Part shown: positions 1 through 10,538 of the stretch, in pieces
How positions within the stretch are numbered: position 1 is the first letter of the stretch
Layout of the letters: each line of letters begins with the position of its first letter
DNA from: an uncultured Clostridia bacterium
Lineage (GTDB): Bacteria; Bacillota; Clostridia; TANB77; CAG-508
Length of the DNA: 64,000 nucleotides
NCBI GenBank assembly: GCA_928721565.1
Contig: OV788638.1
Coordinates: 1,484,850 to 1,548,849, forward strand
Direction of reading: 5' to 3'
Position numbers and translations under genes: made by a program
Notes under the pieces: model-generated
Seen by the model: the letters and a program-made list of their open reading frames with translations, nothing else
Database searches by the model: none
What the model was told of the DNA's origin: nothing

Positions 1-829
1 TACAAACCTGCTATTCCCAATGTAGCATATTGTAATATATTCCAGCCTAAAAACGACATGTCTAATTTAAATGCTTGCCATTTACTTCCATTCATCATTT
101 TTCTTGACATTTTTATTGCATCTTTAGCCTTAATGTTTGGATTTTCTGCCACTATGTATTGTACCATTTTGTAAGAATAGTTTTTGATTATTCCTCCTAC
201 TATTGTTAAATTCCACAACATCTTATATATTTCTGCTAAAAAAATTGTTTTTACTGTTGGTAAATATCTTTCTTTTTTGAATGCATATTTTAATCTTTTG
301 ATTCTTGTTTTTCTATAATTTATACTTTCTAGATATATTCTTTTTTCTCCTACTTTTAAAGGATATGATATAAATACTCTTATTAACATTCCTCCTATTG
401 ATGCAATTATCAAAATAATACTTGCCATAGCTTCTTTATCTTTGTAATTTGCTATTGAATTAAATATATTTTGCACTTGCGCTTGGCCTTTTGTATATAT
501 ATTAAAGATTGAAAATATTACTCCTTTTGTAATATTGTGCTTTTCATTATAATAATTTATCGATTTAGTCATATTTCCTGTAAATAGTTGAGATATGGCT
601 TTATCAGCATATTCATTTATTAATATTTCTTGTGGTGATAATTGCTGTTCGCCTTTATTTTGTATATATTCATATATAATTTTTATATTTGAATATCCAT
701 CTTTATTTACTAAATATTCTCCCACTATACTTGTCATGAATAAACCTAAAATCATTAATGTCCATATGTTTCTTTTTAAAGTTTTTCTTGCTTTTTCTTT
801 TATCTCTTTAATTTTCCACATTTCTTGTT
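1..829 (-). CDS. DUF975-family integral membrane protein, 5' part; gene continues beyond the window start
   Basis: My own reverse translation from the ATG at 829..827 gives MWKIKEIKEKARKTLKRNIWTLMILGLF..., which is DUF975-like. An RBS, AAAGAGGAACAAGAA, sits upstream. This gene is not in the ORF track because the ORF is open at the window edge. Confidence 0.55.
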
Positions 830-893
830 CCTCTTTCTTTATTATGCTGTAATTATACTATATCAAAATTAAATTGACAAGCAAATTCGCATT

Positions 894-1547
894 TTATGTT
901 TCTTTAGCCTTAACTACAATTCTCTGCTTTGAATCAGTTGTACACGTAATTAGTGTAACCTCTCTTTCGTCTGCAATAGATGATGTTAGACAACTTGTAT
1001 CTTCTGGAAAAACTTTATAAATATCAAAGATTTCATATTCCACTTTTCCAATCTTTTCATCAGTCACAAACAACTTATCTCCCACATTAAGTTTCTTTAA
1101 ATTTCTAAACATATTTTTATTTTTGAAATTGTGTCCTGCCACACAAAAATTTCCAATTTGATTTGGATCTACTCCCCAAAATTTAGTTGCTGAAACATTA
1201 AGTGCTGATGTTGAATAGTTTTTCAGTACATTTGTTACTAATGAAATTGATGGTATTTCTAATTTTGCACATACATGATATCCTTTATAAGTTTTCTCAA
1301 TTTCTACTTTAGGATATTCTTTTGTATTTGCTTTCTCAACCTTTTCTGAATCCGCATCTATATGATCTTGATTAATTTCTTCAATCTGCGTCACTAACTT
1401 TTTTTCTGTAGAATCTCCAGTCTGTTGTACAATCGATTCTGATCGTATTTTTGCTTCTTCTTTTTTAGATATTCCCATACATATTATCAATGTTAGAAAT
1501 GCTACAAATAATATAATATTAATAACTCTTTTAGCAATCTTTTCCAT
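894..1547 (-). CDS. sortase family transpeptidase
   Basis: N-terminal membrane anchor; catalytic TLxTC-type motif (VTLITCTT) near the C-terminus. It is the last gene of the operon that encodes an LPXTG protein. Confidence 0.7.
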   Translation of the reverse strand: MEKIAKRVINIILFVAFLTLIICMGISKKEEAKIRSESIVQQTGDSTEKKLVTQIEEINQDHIDADSEKVEKANTKEYPKVEIEKTYKGYHVCAKLEIPSISLVTNVLKNYSTSALNVSATKFWGVDPNQIGNFCVAGHNFKNKNMFRNLKKLNVGDKLFVTDEKIGKVEYEIFDIYKVFPEDTSCLTSSIADEREVTLITCTTDSKQRIVVKAKET

Positions 1548-1639
1548 CTACTCTTCTCCTATGTAAAGCTAAAAGTATATTGTTTTTAATATACTTTTAG
1601 TTTTATAAATATCTTTCTTATTAATCGTGAAATATAACC

Positions 1640-2725
1640 TTATTTTTTCTTATTTATATATATTCCTAAACCGATTACACTAAATAACACTACAGACATA
1701 ATAACATATTCATTATATCCTGTCTTAGGCAATTTATTTGGAGTCTCTTGTTTAACTGTTTCATTTGGTTTAATTTCAGTTGTAGTCTGATCAGGCTTTT
1801 GTGTAGGTTGTTCTGTTTCTTCTGCAGGTGGAGTTATTTCTGGTTGACTTGGTTTTTCTTCTTCTGGTGGTGTTACTTCTTTTTCTGCAACTTTATATTC
1901 GAATGTTTTTTGTGCAATCACTGTATCAGAATTATCCCTATCGATTAATTTTAAAGTTATCGAATAGTCTCCAACTTCACTAAAAAGTGCCCTTACATTT
2001 AATGTTTGTGAAACATCTTTTCCTCCTATTTTGTATCCTTGAGGATCACCCCATCCACTTTGTATAATATCTGTTTCAGCCTTTGTCACTCCATCAGTTG
2101 CTAATAACTTTACACTTGCATCTTTAGGTGTAGTTGCCTCTGCAATTAATCTTGCATGTTCATAATATCTTCCCATACTAGAAGAGTAAGTTAATTTCAT
2201 TTCTTTTTCTACATCTTTTTCTATATCACCTGCATGTTCTAATGTAATTTGATAATCTTTATATTCTGGCTCTACTGTTAAATTCTTTACAAGTGGTGTT
2301 GTTATATCATCATAAGTTTCTGATGCATCAGAATTTGATAGTCCTTCTGCAGTTGCTGTTAATTCTGTTGGATTTGATGTTGTTATCCCTTCTTTTGCTT
2401 TAAATGTTACACTCATATTTTCTCTTGGACTTGTCCCTCCTGTAGAATCGTGAAATGTAACTTTTACTTTGTCTGTTGTATCATTTGCAGTACCTCCATC
2501 AACTGATACATACTCAAAAATATTGTTATCATATTTTACTTCAACTGTATATGCTCCTAATTGTTTTCCAAAATCAATTGTTGCTTTCACTTCTTCTCCT
2601 GGTCTTACAACTGTTTTATCTACGTCAAATTTGACTGTATCTAATGATACCGCATAACTTTTTACTGTAAAAAGAAGCATTGTAATCATTAATATTGTTA
2701 TTATTAAACTTATAGTCTTTTTCAT
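1640..2725 (-). CDS. LPXTG-anchored surface protein with cohesin-like/Ig-like beta-sandwich domains and a Pro/Thr/Glu-rich stalk
   Basis: Signal peptide MKKTISLIITILMITMLLF; C-terminal LPKTGYNEY followed by a hydrophobic segment and a KKK tail, which is a sortase substrate; PEEEKPSQPEITPPAEETEQPTQKP linker. Confidence 0.65.
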   Translation of the reverse strand: MKKTISLIITILMITMLLFTVKSYAVSLDTVKFDVDKTVVRPGEEVKATIDFGKQLGAYTVEVKYDNNIFEYVSVDGGTANDTTDKVKVTFHDSTGGTSPRENMSVTFKAKEGITTSNPTELTATAEGLSNSDASETYDDITTPLVKNLTVEPEYKDYQITLEHAGDIEKDVEKEMKLTYSSSMGRYYEHARLIAEATTPKDASVKLLATDGVTKAETDIIQSGWGDPQGYKIGGKDVSQTLNVRALFSEVGDYSITLKLIDRDNSDTVIAQKTFEYKVAEKEVTPPEEEKPSQPEITPPAEETEQPTQKPDQTTTEIKPNETVKQETPNKLPKTGYNEYVIMSVVLFSVIGLGIYINKKK

Positions 2726-2823
2726 TTTAAACCTCCATAATTTTATTTTATAACTTTATTATGGCTTTTGGTTTTATTTTTTATTAGGAAGTTTTATCGT
2801 AAATAAGAAAAATCTGTAAAATT

Positions 2824-2852
2824 GCACATTTAAGAACCGGTCCCAAATGTGC
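2824..2852. repeat. single copy (A) of the GGGACCGGTTC-core palindromic element
   Basis: GCACATTTAAGAACCGGTCCCAAATGTGC lies 26 bp after the stop of the 2876..4153 gene and ~110 bp upstream of the LPXTG protein gene. On that strand it is followed by a U-rich tract. Confidence 0.85.
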
Positions 2853-2875
2853 GAAAATACAGTCTCTCAATAAGT

Positions 2876-4153
2876 TCAATCTCTTTTAATATTTTTATAA
2901 GTTAAAAATCCAATTATAATAGAAACAACAATAAATACATCAACAGCCATCAATAAGTAGTCTTTTTTATTTTCCCTTTTTTCATTTTTAACTTCATTGT
3001 TATCATTATTCATCGTCTCTCCACTATTATCATTTTCAGAAACTTTCTTATTTACAGAGTAAGCTTCTTCAAGTCTTTTTTTCACTTTATCAACTTCTTG
3101 ATTATAAATTGTTTCCTCTTGTTTATTTCTTTTATAAACATTAATTTCATATATTCTTTGAGTAAATCCATTCGGTGCTGTAACTTTTATTTCAATTTTA
3201 TTATTTCCTTCATTTAGGTTATTATTTCCTAAAATCTCTACTTTTCCCTTTTCATTTTCTGGAATTGCTAAAATATTCAATTGATTTATCTCATTTGCTA
3301 CTTGTGTATTATATCGAGTTATTTGCTCATTAAATTCAGGTGACAAAATTGCATATTCTATAGCAAGATTTTCTAAATTAGTATTTGCCATTTCTAAATT
3401 CTGTGTTTTAGTAACTTTTATTTTATATTCTTGGCGTTTTTCCTGATTTGTTACTACTACATTTATAATATTTAGTCCATCTTTTAAATTCTTATTTCCA
3501 GAAACCTCTATTTTTGCATTCTCATTTTCTGCTATTGTTTGAACTTCAATATCTTTTATTTCTTTTAATTGTTCAGGTAAAGTTAAACTATAATCATATA
3601 TATCTGTTTCAAAATCTGGTACAATTCCTTCCACATTTAATCTTAATGACTTTAATTGAGTACTATTTTGATTTTGTATAGCTCTACCGTTAACACCTTC
3701 AGCAACATCTTGTTCTAGAATTTCAATTTGAAAATTTTCAAAATCAGTTTGCATCAAATTAGTATTTTCATCAAAAAATTCTCCATTCACATCAAAATCA
3801 GCTATCCCTGGTGCAATTGATTTAAATTTTAATTTTTCAAGTTCTCCCTGTTTAGCTTCTGTTCCACCATTTGTATCATACCAAACAATTTTAACTTTAT
3901 TACCAATAACATTTGAATTTTCAGGTCCAGAAACAAATTCTAATTTTGTTGTATCAAAAAATATTTCTATAGAATATACTGATGTGTTTATTCCTTTTAA
4001 ATTAAGACTAACTTCAAATTCATCTCCTATAATCACATTATCCTTATCACTTTGCAAATAAAATGTTGCATTTTCTAATGCTCTACTTTTTAAAGGATAA
4101 CTAAATAGAATTATCATAAAAATTGTTATAACAAAATATATAATCTTTTTCAT
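2876..4153 (-). CDS. membrane-anchored surface protein with an N-terminal cohesin-like domain and two cadherin-like beta-sandwich repeats
   Basis: Signal peptide; two internal repeats (LKSLRLNVEGI...YKIKVTKT / LENLAIEYAILSPEF...YEINVYKR); C-terminal transmembrane segment. Confidence 0.5.
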   Translation of the reverse strand: MKKIIYFVITIFMIILFSYPLKSRALENATFYLQSDKDNVIIGDEFEVSLNLKGINTSVYSIEIFFDTTKLEFVSGPENSNVIGNKVKIVWYDTNGGTEAKQGELEKLKFKSIAPGIADFDVNGEFFDENTNLMQTDFENFQIEILEQDVAEGVNGRAIQNQNSTQLKSLRLNVEGIVPDFETDIYDYSLTLPEQLKEIKDIEVQTIAENENAKIEVSGNKNLKDGLNIINVVVTNQEKRQEYKIKVTKTQNLEMANTNLENLAIEYAILSPEFNEQITRYNTQVANEINQLNILAIPENEKGKVEILGNNNLNEGNNKIEIKVTAPNGFTQRIYEINVYKRNKQEETIYNQEVDKVKKRLEEAYSVNKKVSENDNSGETMNNDNNEVKNEKRENKKDYLLMAVDVFIVVSIIIGFLTYKNIKRD

Positions 4154-4174
4154 TTTATTATCTTTCCCTAAAAA

Positions 4175-6170
4175 TTATTGTTTTATAATCTGCAAACCTA
4201 AAATATGTCTTTGAATTAACAGTAAGTCTACTGATGATGGTTTATTTCCATTTTTTCTTATATTTGCAGATTTTTGATAAACGTCATCTAAAGTTTCAAT
4301 TTCTAATATATGTCTTTGTAAAACTAACAAATCAACACTATTGATTTTTCCATCACCATTGACATCACCATATACTATAATTTGGTATTCTTTTAAAATC
4401 TTTCCATCTTCTTTAACCTGAATTTTATTTCCTGTTCCAATTATTACATTATTTGATAAAACTTCATTTTTTGAATTAACAATCGCTATTTCTAAATTAG
4501 AAATTATATTGTTTTTTATATCTCCAACTGTATTTTGAGTATAATCTATTCCACTCACATCTAAATTATTTAAAATTAATGGAGCAGTAAATTGAACCTC
4601 CGCTTCTTGCATTTTTCTTACTACTGTTATTTTACATTTTGCTTTTATATTTTCATTTTCTTCAGAAATTGCATAAATAATTGTTTCTCCTTCTTTTTGT
4701 GCTGTAATTACTCCATTTTCGTCTATTGTAGCAATTTTTTCATTACCACTTTTAAAATTTATTTTAGTATTATTTGCGTTAGCTGGTTCAATATATGCAT
4801 TAATTTTTAAATTTTCTCCTATTGAAATATATAATTCTTCTTTATCTAAATTAATTCCTGTAACCTTATTATATGCAGGCATTTCTGTTACATAAGTTTG
4901 AAAAATATATCCAACCATACCATTTTCTAACTGAACTCTATCCCATCTTTCTCCATTACTTATACTTTTTGCAATTCTAGTCATTTTTGCATCTCTGCTA
5001 ATCATCGTTATTACTTCATAAGATGTACTTGGACCTGTTCTTACATTTACACTCGTGGCATTACAATAAACTTTAGTATTATCTTCTATATAATTGTTCG
5101 AATTAATATTTGGACTCTCTTTTTGAATATCTGGCATACTATTATAAACAGGAATAATAAATGAAATTGGCAAATCTAGTATCCCACTTTTCTTATATCC
5201 ATTATAGATTGATTTGGATTCCTGATATGGAGCTAATACATTTGTCATATATTGATGTGAAAATAAATTATTTTCTCTATCATCATTTACATCAAATTTT
5301 TGCAAATACACTGTATTTTGTCCAACCTGTATATAACTTGAACCTATAAAAATTCCTCCACCTGAAATCGCTTTTTCTTTATTATTCCATGGAATCAAAT
5401 ATTTATTTTTAGTTGCTTGACTTGCACCTTTTCCATCTTTTGCAAATTGAAGTCCATTTTTTATTGCCCCCATTGGCTCTGTAGAACTTGTAGCACCTAT
5501 GTTATAAAAATTGTATAATCCTTCATATCCAGATACCTTTCCACTTATAGAACTATGTGATAAAAAAGGACCAACTTCTTGCTTTATTCTTGATGCTAAA
5601 TGATATGTGCTTACAGCTGATTTTTGTCCTCCTCTTAATATTAATTCCGAATATGTTTCATTTGTATTTATCATATTTCCTTTATTGTCTAAGTATGATA
5701 CTTTGTTTTGATAAAATTCTGTTCCATATAATATTTTTTCAATACTATTTATGCCATTAGCACTAGAATTATATGATAATGTTTCGAATTGAAAAATTCG
5801 CACTTCATTTAAAAAATTTCTCGGATCCATTGCATATTTCACGGCCAGTTCTGAAGAATCTACCCATCCACTGTCAACTTCTACATTGTACTGCCCAGGT
5901 GTTGTATTTTTCCAGTTATCAGAATATGTCTTTGGTACTAAATTTTTTCCAAATTGACTTTCTTGTTGTATTACATTATTCCAATCTAGATTCGTATACA
6001 GCGCGATAAAACTCCAATTAGGATGATTCTTTTGTATTTCTTTTAAATATGGCTGATAACTACTTGGAAAGCTTTCTATACCGTTCTCTTTTTGTTGATG
6101 CTTCTACTCTGTTACAAAATATCAAACTTATAAATATTCCAATTATGATAGTTATTATCTTTTTTGTCAT
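4175..6170 (-). CDS. secreted cell-wall-hydrolase-like protein with SH3b, Big_2 (Ig-like) and a C-terminal type-I dockerin; frameshift in a T5 run at 6089-6093
   Basis: Dockerin calcium-binding repeats GDVNGDGKINSVDLLVLQRHIL and NGNKPSSVDLLLIQRHILGL. SH3b-like NATSVNVRTGPSTSYEV...GYIF. Big_2-like ITAQKEGETIIYA. The true start is the ATG at 6170 with RBS AGAGGAAAAA and signal peptide MTKKIITIIIGIFISLIFC. The reading frame is restored by deleting one T/A at 6089-6093. Confidence 0.6.
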
Positions 6171-6220
6171 TTTTTCCTCTTTTTTTATTTTTTGATATTT
6201 TCTCCATTTCTTATTGAATA

Positions 6221-6263
6221 TATACAAAAAATACTAGAGCAGAAAATTTTCTACTCTAGTATT
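6221..6263 (-). terminator. intrinsic terminator downstream of mutL (bidirectional hairpin)
   Basis: 10-bp stem AATACTAGAG/CTCTAGTATT followed by a T-run on the minus strand. Confidence 0.55.
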
Positions 6264-6323
6264 TAGAAAAGTATTAAATTTTTATTCATTTTCCTTCTTA
6301 TTATTGTCTTTATCACTTTTTAT

Positions 6324-7997
6324 CTATTTGAACAACTCATCTTTACTAAACTTTATAGTTGTTGGTCTACCATGAGGACAAGTAAAAGGATTCTTTAATT
6401 TTAGTAATCTTTGAATTAAATTGTCAACTTCTTGCCTACTCAAATCCATATTAGCCTTTACAGCTGCCTTACATGCAACTGTAGCAATAAATCTTTCTTC
6501 AACATCTTTAATCGCAGTTCTCTCAGTTGTAAGCATCTCATCTAATACATCTAAAAACATTTTATTTTTATTGACTTTATACTCAATATCTGGAATTCCA
6601 CTAATTTTTACAGAATTTTCTCCAAACAATTCAATATCAAATCCTGTATTTCTAAAAAGTTCAATATTTTCTTTTACAAATTCAATTTCTTTATGTGATA
6701 AATTATAAACTTCTGGTATTAACATTAATTGGCTATTATTCTGAAGATGATTTTTATAGTTTTCTTTTATCTGCTCATACAATATTCTTTCATGTCCAGC
6801 ATGTTGATCAATTAAAAACATATCATTTCCAATTTCTATTATTATAAAAGTTCTAAATAAAATTCCAATATATTTGTATTCGATTTCTCTTTTATTCTCT
6901 CTGTTTATCAATTCTACTGGTTTATCATTTTTAAATTTATTGGTTAAAAATACTAATTCATTTTCTATATAATTTTCTTTCTTTTGTTCCTTTTCATCAT
7001 TATCTAAAAATTCACCATTTAGCATTGAACTTTTTATTGCATGATAAAATACTTTGTAGAGTTTATTTTCATCATTAAATCTTACTTCCATTTTAGTAGG
7101 ATGAACATTTACATCATAGTAATTTGCTGGCATCTCTAAATTTAAAATGAAAAAGCCATATTTTCCAATCCCTGTTGCACCTTTAAATGCTTGATCTGCA
7201 CTATTGGTTAAAATTTGATTTTTTATATTTCTTTTATTTAAATACAAAATTTGACTTTTCCTATTATCTCTTGCTATTGTTGTATTTCCAATTACTCCTG
7301 TTACTTTTATTCCTTCACTTTCATAATTTACATCTAACAGATTTTTTTCAATCTCTTTTCCATATAACAGGTAAATAATATCTCTAATATTTCCGTTTCC
7401 ATTTGTTTGAAATACAATTTTTCTATCATTTATTAGCTTAAATGCTATATCTGAATTTACTAAAGCTGTTTTTTGAACCCATTCTCTTATATACCTAAAT
7501 TCAGTTGCATCATTTTTTAAGAATTTATATCTTACAGGAGTATTAAAAAATAACTTTTCAACCATAATAGTAGTTCCTACTGGAAGTCCCATTTCTTCTA
7601 CTTCGATTATTTCTCCCGCTTCTGCTATAATTTTTGTCCCATTTTCTTCTGCAGTTTTTGTCATCATTGTAAGCTCTGATATTGATGCAATACTTGCTAG
7701 CGCCTCTCCTCTAAACCCCATAGAATATGTATGTTCTAAGTCTTCTATTTTTCTTATTTTACTTGTTGCATGCCTTTCAAGTGATAGTGGAATATCATTT
7801 GAAGATATTCCTTTTCCATTATCTACTATTTTTACTAAAGTTTTTCCACCATTTTTTATTTCTATTATTATTTTTGTTGCTCCTGCATCTATCGAATTTT
7901 CTACTAATTCTTTTACTACATTTGCTGGCCTTTCTATTACTTCTCCTGCCGCTATTTTATTTATTGTTAAATCATCTAATAGTACTATGTTTCCCAT
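6324..7997 (-). CDS. mutL: DNA mismatch repair protein MutL
   Basis: GHKL ATPase N-terminus (IAAGEVIERPANVVKELVENSIDAGA) and a C-terminal dimerisation domain (FTCPHGRP). 557 aa. Confidence 0.9.
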   Translation of the reverse strand: MGNIVLLDDLTINKIAAGEVIERPANVVKELVENSIDAGATKIIIEIKNGGKTLVKIVDNGKGISSNDIPLSLERHATSKIRKIEDLEHTYSMGFRGEALASIASISELTMMTKTAEENGTKIIAEAGEIIEVEEMGLPVGTTIMVEKLFFNTPVRYKFLKNDATEFRYIREWVQKTALVNSDIAFKLINDRKIVFQTNGNGNIRDIIYLLYGKEIEKNLLDVNYESEGIKVTGVIGNTTIARDNRKSQILYLNKRNIKNQILTNSADQAFKGATGIGKYGFFILNLEMPANYYDVNVHPTKMEVRFNDENKLYKVFYHAIKSSMLNGEFLDNDEKEQKKENYIENELVFLTNKFKNDKPVELINRENKREIEYKYIGILFRTFIIIEIGNDMFLIDQHAGHERILYEQIKENYKNHLQNNSQLMLIPEVYNLSHKEIEFVKENIELFRNTGFDIELFGENSVKISGIPDIEYKVNKNKMFLDVLDEMLTTERTAIKDVEERFIATVACKAAVKANMDLSRQEVDNLIQRLLKLKNPFTCPHGRPTTIKFSKDELFK

Positions 7998-8080
7998 TTA
8001 TTTCTCCTTTTTCTATTGCTAACTATATCACAATAAACAAAATAAAACAACCCTACATTGTAGAGTTGTTTTATTGGATT

Positions 8081-8980
8081 TTAATCTTTTTTTAATGCGA
8101 ATACATAATAAAGGACATTAATATTTTCATCTAGTCTCACAGACTTTATTTCTAATTTTTCAAATGCTGGTATTTTGTATTGTGCCACTGACTTTTTAGT
8201 TGCTATTTCTTCCAGAATCATCTTTGCAAGATTTTCTTCATTTTCTGCTACATATTTTGCTTTGTCCATTTTCCATTCGAAAACAATATTTGCATCGACA
8301 TATATATAATCATATGCCTTATTACTTCCAGGTTTCTTCACAAACTTTGGTTTCTGAATTTTAGTTACAAATCTATGAATTTCATCTGGCTTTTTCCTTT
8401 TACCATATTCTACATCATTCTTACAATAATCAGCAAGTGTTTCCAGTGTATCACCTGGTTTTAATCTAGCAAATGCTCTTTGAAATACATGATAGTCTCT
8501 AAAACCTAACATGTTTCCAAGACAACTTGTATTATATGGCCGACAATTAATTGCCTTTCTACCTTTTTCAATTTTTACTTTACGTATTGCTATATCTTTT
8601 GGTAATACATCTTCTATTTTTTCGCATGTATATACACCTTTATCATTGAAATAATAAAGCTTTCCTTGAAAAACTTTATATACAGTATTAGTTATTTCAA
8701 GATTTTTCTCAGCTTCTCTGTTGATTTCTGTAAATCTAAGAATATCTTTTTCAAGTTTCTCAATTGTATCACCAATTTCTAGACAAGCAATTGCTCTTGC
8801 TTCTGGACCAATGATATCTTCACAATAATTCTGTTTTCTTTTATAATCATATTTCAATCCTTCTAGTTTCATTTTCTGGGCATCTTGTCTTGATACACAA
8901 GTATAAACTCCACCAGCATCAAAATAAAATATTTGCTGTCTTATTACCCGTAACGCTTTAAGTTTTCGATGTTCATCCAT
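8081..8980 (-). CDS. hypothetical protein
   Basis: 299-aa intact ORF with no motif I recognise. Confidence 0.35.
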   Translation of the reverse strand: MDEHRKLKALRVIRQQIFYFDAGGVYTCVSRQDAQKMKLEGLKYDYKRKQNYCEDIIGPEARAIACLEIGDTIEKLEKDILRFTEINREAEKNLEITNTVYKVFQGKLYYFNDKGVYTCEKIEDVLPKDIAIRKVKIEKGRKAINCRPYNTSCLGNMLGFRDYHVFQRAFARLKPGDTLETLADYCKNDVEYGKRKKPDEIHRFVTKIQKPKFVKKPGSNKAYDYIYVDANIVFEWKMDKAKYVAENEENLAKMILEEIATKKSVAQYKIPAFEKLEIKSVRLDENINVLYYVFALKKD

Positions 8981-9096
8981 TTTTTCTTACCTCCTAAAAT
9001 TATACTAGAGGCTTCGAAACCTCCAGCAATATACCTTTGGTTTCCAAAAATATCTTTTAAATTATAGCATATATTTATGTAGAATGCAAATTAATA

Positions 9097-9693
9097 TTAT
9101 ATACTTTTCCTTATAAAATCAACTACATCATCAATATTATCTTTTTTTCTATATTGATTTTTTTCTTTTTCTGTTAAGTCAACTAAATATTTATTAAATT
9201 CAGGAATAATACTAATTGAATCTAATGGGTAACCTGGATTTCTATTTTCACTTGGTGTATCTACAAAATAAAAATGCTCCTTATTCCATGAAAATTCAGC
9301 TGTTCCTTTATCACTGCAGACTACCATTCCATAAACCCATTTGGCCATCAGTTTTTTACCATTTTCTTTTACTAATTTAGTATAATGTTCTATCATTTCA
9401 TCATCATTAAGTTCTTTTCCATTTATTCTTCTCACATATGTTCCTGGTTGCTTTTCTTCTGGCAAGTTCTCTATAAATAAATTATTATCCATTCCAATTG
9501 TTGGTATTTTTGTTGCTTCATAATATGTCTTTGCTTTTATATATGCATTTTCTATCGCATTTTTTCCATTTTCATTTATTGGCAAATTTATTTCTAAATC
9601 TTTTATTGTTATTAACTCTATTCCTTTATTTTCTAATGCCTGTTTATATTTATTTATCTTTGCAGGATTTGTTGTTGCAAATAATACTTTCAT
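9097..9693 (-). CDS. Ham1-family (non-canonical NTP pyrophosphatase-like) paralog
   Basis: N-terminal ATTNPAK matches the ATxNxxK motif of Ham1/RdgB. Central DNNLFIENL...PGTYVRR resembles the DDSGLxVDAL..PGxYSAR block. It is tandem to rdgB. Confidence 0.4.
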   Translation of the reverse strand: MKVLFATTNPAKINKYKQALENKGIELITIKDLEINLPINENGKNAIENAYIKAKTYYEATKIPTIGMDNNLFIENLPEEKQPGTYVRRINGKELNDDEMIEHYTKLVKENGKKLMAKWVYGMVVCSDKGTAEFSWNKEHFYFVDTPSENRNPGYPLDSISIIPEFNKYLVDLTEKEKNQYRKKDNIDDVVDFIRKSI

Positions 9694-9695
9694 TT

Positions 9696-10274
9696 TTATT
9701 CTCCTTGTATAATTTCTTTTCTAATCCTCTCTATCGCGATTCTTCTTGCACTTATTTTATTTTTTTCCTCATTTGACAATTCTGCTAAAGTCTTTCCATT
9801 TTCTAATTCAAAAATCTCATCAAATCCAAATCCATTTTCTCCTCTAATACTTTCAGATACATAGCCTGAAAGAACACCTTTTTGGCAGATGGTTTTATTT
9901 CCATCAGATAATGCTATAGCAGTAACAAAGTCTATTTTTCTATTTTCTTTGAGCACCCCCTGCATTTTTTCTAATATTGCAAGATTTCTTTCTCTATCTG
10001 ATCCTTGATGCCATCTTTTAGTACGTACTCCTGGAAATCCATCCAAATATTCTATTTCTATTCCAGAATCATCTGCTATGCACATTTTTCCATTAAGTTT
10101 CTTAGCTATAGTTTCTGCTTTTTTTATTGCATTTTCTTCAAATGTTTCTTTATCTTCTTCTACATCTACATCAATTCCTAATTTTTTGATTGATATAACT
10201 TTAAACTCTTTTAGTATTTCTTGTGCTTCTTTAATTTTCCCCTTATTTCCTGAAGCAATAATTATTTCTTCCAT
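9696..10274 (-). CDS. rdgB: XTP/dITP diphosphatase RdgB (Ham1 family)
   Basis: MEEIIIASGNKGKIKE...ADDSGIEIEYLDGFPGVRTKRW...GFGFDEIF...NKISARR. The ORF track extends the N-terminus spuriously, so the likely start is MEEIIIASG. Confidence 0.8.
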   Translation of the reverse strand: MEEIIIASGNKGKIKEAQEILKEFKVISIKKLGIDVDVEEDKETFEENAIKKAETIAKKLNGKMCIADDSGIEIEYLDGFPGVRTKRWHQGSDRERNLAILEKMQGVLKENRKIDFVTAIALSDGNKTICQKGVLSGYVSESIRGENGFGFDEIFELENGKTLAELSNEEKNKISARRIAIERIRKEIIQGE

Positions 10275-10489
10275 ATTGTATTCCACCTCTATTATAACTA
10301 CTTGATATACATATTTAGAAAAACAGCTATCTGTTCTATCAGCATCTTTTCCACAGTCTGAACCAAACCACACAGATTCTCCATCTTTTAATTGATTTAC
10401 TGCAAGCTCTTTTAATCTTTCGATTGGTAAATTTAAGTATAAACCTTGTATCTATACATGTTTATCATCTGTCTATATTTATATTATAC

Positions 10490-10525
10490 CCAAAAAAAAT
10501 CACAAAAGTCAAATGACTTTTGTGC
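10490..10525 (-). terminator. intrinsic terminator of clpB
   Basis: Stem CACAAAAGTCA/TGACTTTTGTG with a T8 run on the minus strand immediately after the clpB stop. Confidence 0.6.
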
Positions 10526-10538
10526 AAAGTTTCACATT

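Noticed and set aside
595-852. 85-aa plus-strand ORF at the window start, and many other 60-130-aa plus-strand ORFs antisense to the large minus-strand genes (e.g. 7727..8095, 11510..11872, 28699..29091, 48130..48798, 60769..61107)
   Set aside because: These are Leu/Phe/Ile-rich low-complexity translations of the AT-rich antisense strand of well-supported genes, with no RBS and no recognisable domains. They are typical spurious ORFs in low-GC genomes.
8990-9035. Palindrome GAGGCTTCGAAACCTC downstream of the Ham1-like gene as a terminator
   Set aside because: It has only a 4-bp GC stem with an 8-nt loop and no U-run on either strand, so it is too weak to call.
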